Source: an uncultured delta proteobacterium (GTDB lineage: Bacteria > Myxococcota_A > Polyangia > Polyangiales > Polyangiaceae). Taken from it: a stretch of DNA of 64,000 bases. Under the pieces are notes generated by a model. The model saw only the letters and a list, made by a program, of their open reading frames with translations, was not told the DNA's origin and made no database searches. Positions 58,804 to 64,000 of this stretch are shown in pieces; position 1 is the stretch's first letter, and every line of letters begins with the position of its first letter. Position numbers and translations under genes: made by a program. Location of the stretch: contig CAWDXG010000004.1 of assembly GCA_963806225.1 (NCBI GenBank), positions 1,312,001 to 1,376,000 of the forward strand, read 5' to 3'.

Positions 58804-60510
58804 ATGAGCAACTCCAACCGCCTCGGCGAGCTACTGGTCCGCGAGAAGCTGATCAGCCTGCAACAGCTACGTCGCGCGCAGGAAGAGCAGAAGCGCTCGG
58901 GCCAGAACCTGGGCTACACGCTCGCCAAGCTGGGCTACATCTCCGACGGCGAGATCACGAACTTCCTGAGCTCGCAGTACCGCCTTCCGGCCATCGATCT
59001 GGACGAGTACGAGATCGACGCGGATGTCATCAAGCTGGTCGGCCGCGATGTCTGCGAAAAGCACAAGATCATCCCCGTCTCGCGCTCGGGCTCATCGCTC
59101 ATCGTGGCCATGAGCGACCCGACGAACCTGCACGCGATCGACGACATCAAGTTCCTCACCGGCTACAACGTCGAGCCGGTCGTGGCGGGCGAGACGGCCA
59201 TCCTGGCCTCCATCGAGCGCTACTACAACGTCGGCCCCTCCTACGAGGAGGTGATGGCCGACTTCGACCTGGGCGACGAGGACATCGATTTCTCGGCCGA
59301 GCAGGAAGACGACAACGTCCTCGAGCTGGAACGCCAGAGCGAAGATGCGCCGGTCGTCCGTCTGGTAAACGTGCTCTTGCTGAACGCCATTCGCAAAGGC
59401 GCCAGCAACGTCCACGTCGAGCCCTACGAGAAGCGGCTACGCGTCCGTTACCGAATCGATGGCGTGCTGCACGAAGAGATGACCCCGCCGCTCAAGCTCA
59501 AGGCAGCGATCGTCAGCCGCCTCAAGATCATGAGCCAGCTCGACATCGCCGAGCGGCGGCTGCCGCAGGACGGCCGCATCAAGCTCAAGCTCGGCAAGGG
59601 ACGCGAGATGGATTTCCGCGTTTCCGTCATGCCCACGATGTGGGGCGAGAAGGTCGTGTTGCGCCTGCTCGACAAGGGCAACCTGCAGCTCGACATGACG
59701 AAGCTGGGCTTCGACGAGGCTCCGCTCGTCGACTTCCAGTGGGCGATCGGGCAGCCCTGGGGCATGGTGCTGGTGACGGGGCCCACCGGTTCCGGCAAGA
59801 CGACGACGCTGTACTCGGCGCTCAGCGAGCTGAACAAGTCGGACGTGAACATCAGCACCGCCGAGGACCCGGTCGAGTACAACCTGCACGGCATCAACCA
59901 GGTTCAGATGCACGACGAGATCGGGCTCAACTTCGCCATGGCCCTGCGCTCGTTCCTCCGACAGGACCCCGACATCATCATGGTCGGCGAGATCCGCGAT
60001 TTCGAGACGGCGGAAATCAGCGTCAAAGCCGCGCTCACGGGCCACATGGTGCTCTCGACGCTGCATACGAACGACGCGCCGGCCACGATCTCGCGCATGC
60101 TGAACATGGGCGTCGAGCCCTTCCTGATCACGGCCAGCGTCAACCTGGTGCTGGCCCAGCGTCTCGCGCGGCGCGTGTGCGTCGACTGCAAGCGCGAGAT
60201 CGAGATCGATCACCAGGCGATGCTCGACATGGGCGTGACCGAGGAGCAGCTCCAGACCGCGCGCATCGTCAAGGGCGCGGGCTGCACCACCTGCAACAAC
60301 ACCGGCTACAAGGGCCGCGTTGCGCTCTACGAGGTGATGAAGTTCACCGACAACCTGAAGGAGATGGTGCTGCAGGGCGCCTCCACCGCCGAGCTGAAGG
60401 TCGCCGCCATTCGTGAAGGCATGAACACCCTGCGCGCGAGCGGCATCACCAAGATCCTCGAGGGCGTCACCACGCCCGAGGAAATCCTGCGCGTCACCAT
60501 GTCGGACTGA
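58804..60510 (+). CDS. pilB: Type IV pilus assembly ATPase PilB
   Basis: N-terminal RLGELLV (MshEN-like), RLPQDGR, GPTGSGKTTT, EDPVE, LRQDPD and tetracysteine CVDC/CTTC; RBS GAGGA. Confidence 0.95.
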   Translation: MSNSNRLGELLVREKLISLQQLRRAQEEQKRSGQNLGYTLAKLGYISDGEITNFLSSQYRLPAIDLDEYEIDADVIKLVGRDVCEKHKIIPVSRSGSSLIVAMSDPTNLHAIDDIKFLTGYNVEPVVAGETAILASIERYYNVGPSYEEVMADFDLGDEDIDFSAEQEDDNVLELERQSEDAPVVRLVNVLLLNAIRKGASNVHVEPYEKRLRVRYRIDGVLHEEMTPPLKLKAAIVSRLKIMSQLDIAERRLPQDGRIKLKLGKGREMDFRVSVMPTMWGEKVVLRLLDKGNLQLDMTKLGFDEAPLVDFQWAIGQPWGMVLVTGPTGSGKTTTLYSALSELNKSDVNISTAEDPVEYNLHGINQVQMHDEIGLNFAMALRSFLRQDPDIIMVGEIRDFETAEISVKAALTGHMVLSTLHTNDAPATISRMLNMGVEPFLITASVNLVLAQRLARRVCVDCKREIEIDHQAMLDMGVTEEQLQTARIVKGAGCTTCNNTGYKGRVALYEVMKFTDNLKEMVLQGASTAELKVAAIREGMNTLRASGITKILEGVTTPEEILRVTMSD

Positions 60511-60573
60511 GCCCGGCCGGGCCCGCCCAAGCCAGCGGCAGCGCGCCCGGACATCGTGTAAGCTGGAAGGCTG

Positions 60574-61692
60574 ATGACACACGCCGAACAGGAAGGGCTG
60601 AAGGTCAACCTCCACCAGTTGCTGCGCGCCATGATCGAAAAGGGCGCGAGCGACATGCACATCACGACCGGCTCGCCGCCGCTCCTGCGCATCGACGGCG
60701 CCATCGTGCCACTCAAGCTGCCGTCGCTGTCACCGGTGGAGACGAAACAGCTCTGCTACTCGGTACTGACCGAGGAACAGAAGATCGCCTTCGAGAAGAA
60801 CAAGGAGCTCGACCTCTCCTTCGGCGTGAAGAACCTCTCCCGGTTCCGCGCCAACATCTTCCTGCAGCGCGGCGCCGTCTCCGGCGCGTTCCGGTCCATC
60901 CCGTTCAAGATCCTGTCCTTCGAGGAGCTCGGGCTGCCCCCCATTGTCCTCGACCTCGCCAGCAAACCGCGTGGGTTGATCCTGGTGACGGGCCCCACCG
61001 GGTCCGGCAAGAGTACGACGCTCGCGTCGATTATCGACAAGATCAACAGCGAGACGCGCCAGCACATCATGACCGTCGAGGATCCGATCGAGTATCTGCA
61101 TCCTCATAAGCGCTGCATCGTCAACCAGCGCGAAGTGGGCGCCGACACCGGCAGCTTCAAGGACGCGCTCAAGTACGTGCTGCGTCAGGATCCGGACGTG
61201 GTGCTGGTCGGCGAGATGCGCGATCTGGAAACCATCGAGGCAGCGCTCACCATCGCCGAGACGGGCCATCTGGTGTTCGCGACCCTGCACACGAACTCCG
61301 CGATCCAGAGCATCAACCGCGTCATCGACGTGTTTCCTCCGCACCAGCAGCCTCAGGTCCGGGCGCAGCTGTCGTTCGTGCTCGAGGGCGTGCTCAGCCA
61401 GCTGCTGCTCCCCCGGGCGGGCAATCCCGGCCGCGCGCTGGCGCTCGAGGTGCTGGTGCCCAACGCCGCTATCCGCAACCTGATCCGCGAGGACAAGATC
61501 CACCAGATCTACTCGCAGATGCAGGTCGGCCAGACCAAGCACGGCATGCAGACCCTCAACCAGTCGCTCTACTCGCTGTACGCGCGCCGGCTCATCACGC
61601 TGGATGAGGCCATGGGCCGTTCCAACGATCCGGAAGAGCTCACCGGAATGATCGAGGGGCGTACCGGCCAACCCTCGCCGCAACAGCGCTAG
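60574..61692 (+). CDS. pilT: Type IV pilus retraction ATPase PilT
   Basis: ASDMH, GPTGSGKSTT, EDPIE, LRQDPD, AETGH, AIRNLIRE and GMQT motifs. Confidence 0.96.
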   Translation: MTHAEQEGLKVNLHQLLRAMIEKGASDMHITTGSPPLLRIDGAIVPLKLPSLSPVETKQLCYSVLTEEQKIAFEKNKELDLSFGVKNLSRFRANIFLQRGAVSGAFRSIPFKILSFEELGLPPIVLDLASKPRGLILVTGPTGSGKSTTLASIIDKINSETRQHIMTVEDPIEYLHPHKRCIVNQREVGADTGSFKDALKYVLRQDPDVVLVGEMRDLETIEAALTIAETGHLVFATLHTNSAIQSINRVIDVFPPHQQPQVRAQLSFVLEGVLSQLLLPRAGNPGRALALEVLVPNAAIRNLIREDKIHQIYSQMQVGQTKHGMQTLNQSLYSLYARRLITLDEAMGRSNDPEELTGMIEGRTGQPSPQQR

Positions 61693-61934
61693 AGGGGACC
61701 ACCGAGCGAAACCGGGCCGCTCCTCTGGCGCCGGAGCTGTGCGGCAACCGCTCGGAAATCACCCTGAAACCCGCGCCGGCGCGATCTGTACGACGCGCTG
61801 CGCAAGAAACTGGTACGAAATGCGGCCGTAACCTGCGACCCGCTACCAAGCGGTCGTAGGGCGGTCCGGATCGACCGGCCGTGGTGCTCCAATTGCGCCC
61901 CCCGCCCACGCTGTACCCGTGTAAAGGAGCAATC

Positions 61935-63209
61935 ATGAAGCGTTCAATCCATGTGGTCTTCGGCGCGCTGCTCGGGCTCGGAGCCTTGGCGGCCACGGCC
62001 GGAGCGAACGCCCAGCCCGCCGCACCCGAACCGCCGCCTCCGCCAGCGCCCTGGTACAAGGCCATCCACTTCGGTGCGTTCGCCGACGGGTACGCCGGAC
62101 TGAACTACAATTTCCCGAAGCCGCAGTCGGGGCAGAACGCGTTCCGCGCGTACGACACCACCAACGGCTTCGCGCTGTCCTGGATCGGGCTCGACGCCAG
62201 CTACGATCCCGCACCGGTCGGCGGAACGCTGAGCCTGCGCTTCGGCCCCACCGCGCAGACGTACGCCGGCGACGACGCCAACTACGACCTGCAATACGTC
62301 AAGCAGGCGTACGCTTCGTGGAAGCCGTTCGACGCGCTAGAGCTCGATTTCGGCAAGTTCGACACCATCTACGGAGCCGAGGTCGCCGAGAGCCAGAACA
62401 ACATGAACTACACGCGCGGCGTGCTGTACTGGCTCGCCCAGCCACTGTTCCACACGGGCCTCCGCGCGAACATCACGGTCGCACCGATACTGTCGTTCAA
62501 CGTGCTGGCAGTGAACGGCTGGAACAACACGGTCGACAACAACACCGGCAAGAGCTACGGGCTGCAGGCCGTGCTCGCGCCGGCAGACAACGTCGGAATC
62601 TCCCTGGGATGGATCGGCGGGCCGGAGCAGAGCGATGTCACGAGCGTCGACTGCGCACAGGACACCGCCTACGACCCCGCGGCCAAGGGCTGCGCGCCCA
62701 GCGTGAACACGCCGGCCGCGAGCTACCCGGTAGATCGCGGCGGCGCCAACGACTTCAAGGCGTGGAAGCACCTGGTCGATCTCGTCGCCAGCTACGACGC
62801 CACGGAAAACCTGTCGTTCGTGCTGAACGCCGACTACGGCACCGAGGGCGTGCGCAACTTCGACGCGACGACGCAGCAGACGAGCATCGACCAGAAGCAC
62901 TGGTACGGCGCCATGCTCGGCGCGCGCTACCAACTCACGCCCGTGTGGGCGGTCGCCGGCCGCGGCGAGTACTACAAGGACCCAGAGGGCTACACGACGG
63001 GCGCGAACTACGACATCTCGCTCGCCACCGGAACGCTCACCATCGAGGCCAAGCCGACCGACAACCTCATCCTCAGGCTGGAGAATCGCGGCGATTTCGC
63101 GGTCAGCGCCGCGTCGGGGCAGAGCAAAGCGGTGTTCCCCAGGAAGGTCCGCGACTTCAGCAAGAACCAGTTCACGACCACGCTGGGCGTGGTCGTCACC
63201 ACGAACTGA
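61935..63209 (+). CDS. OM porin, putative beta-barrel porin-2 (BBP2) family
   Basis: RBS AAAGGAG; signal peptide; VKQAYASW, DFGKFDTIYGAEVAESQNNMNYTRG, PLFHTGLR, VNGWN and RGEYYKD motifs. Confidence 0.82.
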   Translation: MKRSIHVVFGALLGLGALAATAGANAQPAAPEPPPPPAPWYKAIHFGAFADGYAGLNYNFPKPQSGQNAFRAYDTTNGFALSWIGLDASYDPAPVGGTLSLRFGPTAQTYAGDDANYDLQYVKQAYASWKPFDALELDFGKFDTIYGAEVAESQNNMNYTRGVLYWLAQPLFHTGLRANITVAPILSFNVLAVNGWNNTVDNNTGKSYGLQAVLAPADNVGISLGWIGGPEQSDVTSVDCAQDTAYDPAAKGCAPSVNTPAASYPVDRGGANDFKAWKHLVDLVASYDATENLSFVLNADYGTEGVRNFDATTQQTSIDQKHWYGAMLGARYQLTPVWAVAGRGEYYKDPEGYTTGANYDISLATGTLTIEAKPTDNLILRLENRGDFAVSAASGQSKAVFPRKVRDFSKNQFTTTLGVVVTTN

Positions 63210-63326
63210 GGGCCATCGGCGGATCGGGCGACCTCGCTCCGGTCACGGTGTGCGGTCGCGACCGCTCGGAGCTGCGGCGACGGATGGGGCGCGCCTGCTG
63301 GGGTACCTGGTTGGGTGCGCCCCCGG

Positions 63327-64000
63327 CTACAGATCCTTCAGGGCCTGCTGCAGATCCGGATTGCTCTTGTGCTGCTTGAGCAGCGCCTTCAGGTACTTCT
63401 TCGCCCGCTTGTCGCCGACGGCAACCAGTGCGCGCGCGGCCATCGTACGCAACAGAAGCGGCGCGGCGTCGGGCGGCAGCTCGAGCTGTGACGCCTTCAC
63501 CTTGGCGTTGGCCTTGTGCTGGTTCGCGTCCGCCATTACCTGGAGGAAGCCCGTCATTGGACCGAGCACGCTCGGATACTTCGCGATCAGCTCGCGCGCG
63601 CCCTTGCCGTAGTGCCCGTCGAGCAGATCGTCCACGCGCTCGATCAGGTCGCGCGCCGTCACGTTGCCCGACTCGAGCGCGTTGCCCGAGGCCTTCACCG
63701 CTTCTTCGGCCTTGCCCTCGTAGCGGAGCAGCCGCGCCAACCTCAGCGCGAACACCGGCCGCTTCTTCACCTCGTCGCTCCAGCCGGACACCACCTTGTC
63801 GGCCAGCTCCAGCTGCCCGGTGTCGAGCGCAGCGTCCAGCGCGACGATCTGCCCCCACGGCACCGTGGGAGTCGCCATCTGCTGCAGCGCATCCGCGTCG
63901 GGATACTGCTCGCCGGAAAGCACGCCGGGCGCGGCGACCAGCGCCGCCAGATCCCGACGCTCGGATGCGCCGTCGCCCAGTGCGCCGACCGCTTCGGACA
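63327..64000 (-). CDS. TPR-like helical protein, C-terminal part (open to window edge)
   Basis: No stop codon up to 64000; helical repeats LRLARLLRYEGKAEEA and ARALVAVGDKRAKKYL. Confidence 0.65.
   Translation of the reverse strand, partial: SEAVGALGDGASERRDLAALVAAPGVLSGEQYPDADALQQMATPTVPWGQIVALDAALDTGQLELADKVVSGWSDEVKKRPVFALRLARLLRYEGKAEEAVKASGNALESGNVTARDLIERVDDLLDGHYGKGARELIAKYPSVLGPMTGFLQVMADANQHKANAKVKASQLELPPDAAPLLLRTMAARALVAVGDKRAKKYLKALLKQHKSNPDLQQALKDL

Overview
High-GC chromosomal window, almost certainly from a myxobacterium of the Polyangiales/Sorangium type. Evidence: a TIGR04551-like outer-membrane (OM) protein, a MYXO-CTERM tail, five Hanks-type Ser/Thr kinases, many Cys-rich lipoproteins, and PEGA and AgmX/TonB-C-like domains. 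About 50 CDS mix housekeeping genes (rpsT, an S1 paralogue, apbC/mrp, acs, moeB, acyl-CoA dehydrogenase, pilB-pilT, a Mac-type ABC exporter, an OPT transporter) with many envelope proteins. I found no rRNA, tRNA, CRISPR, transposase, integrase or phage genes. At least 11 genes carry small frameshifts that look like uncorrected long-read errors, so several ORFs in the supplied track are false fusions or fragments. Best leads: (1) a putative envelope thiol-disulfide module (two redoxin lipoproteins plus a DUF6029-like barrel with a C-terminal CxxxxC) divergent from two very Cys-rich lipoproteins; (2) one of those lipoproteins has an exactly mirror-symmetric cysteine cluster pattern, predicting a long disulfide-laddered hairpin; (3) a small basic ORF between a TTGACA-17-CATATT promoter and rpsT, a candidate lineage-specific ribosomal protein; (4) a candidate structured RNA at 11.2 kb; (5) a plant-type acetylornithine deacetylase; (6) three tandem DUF4833-like lipoproteins. 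All family names come from motif recall, not database searches.
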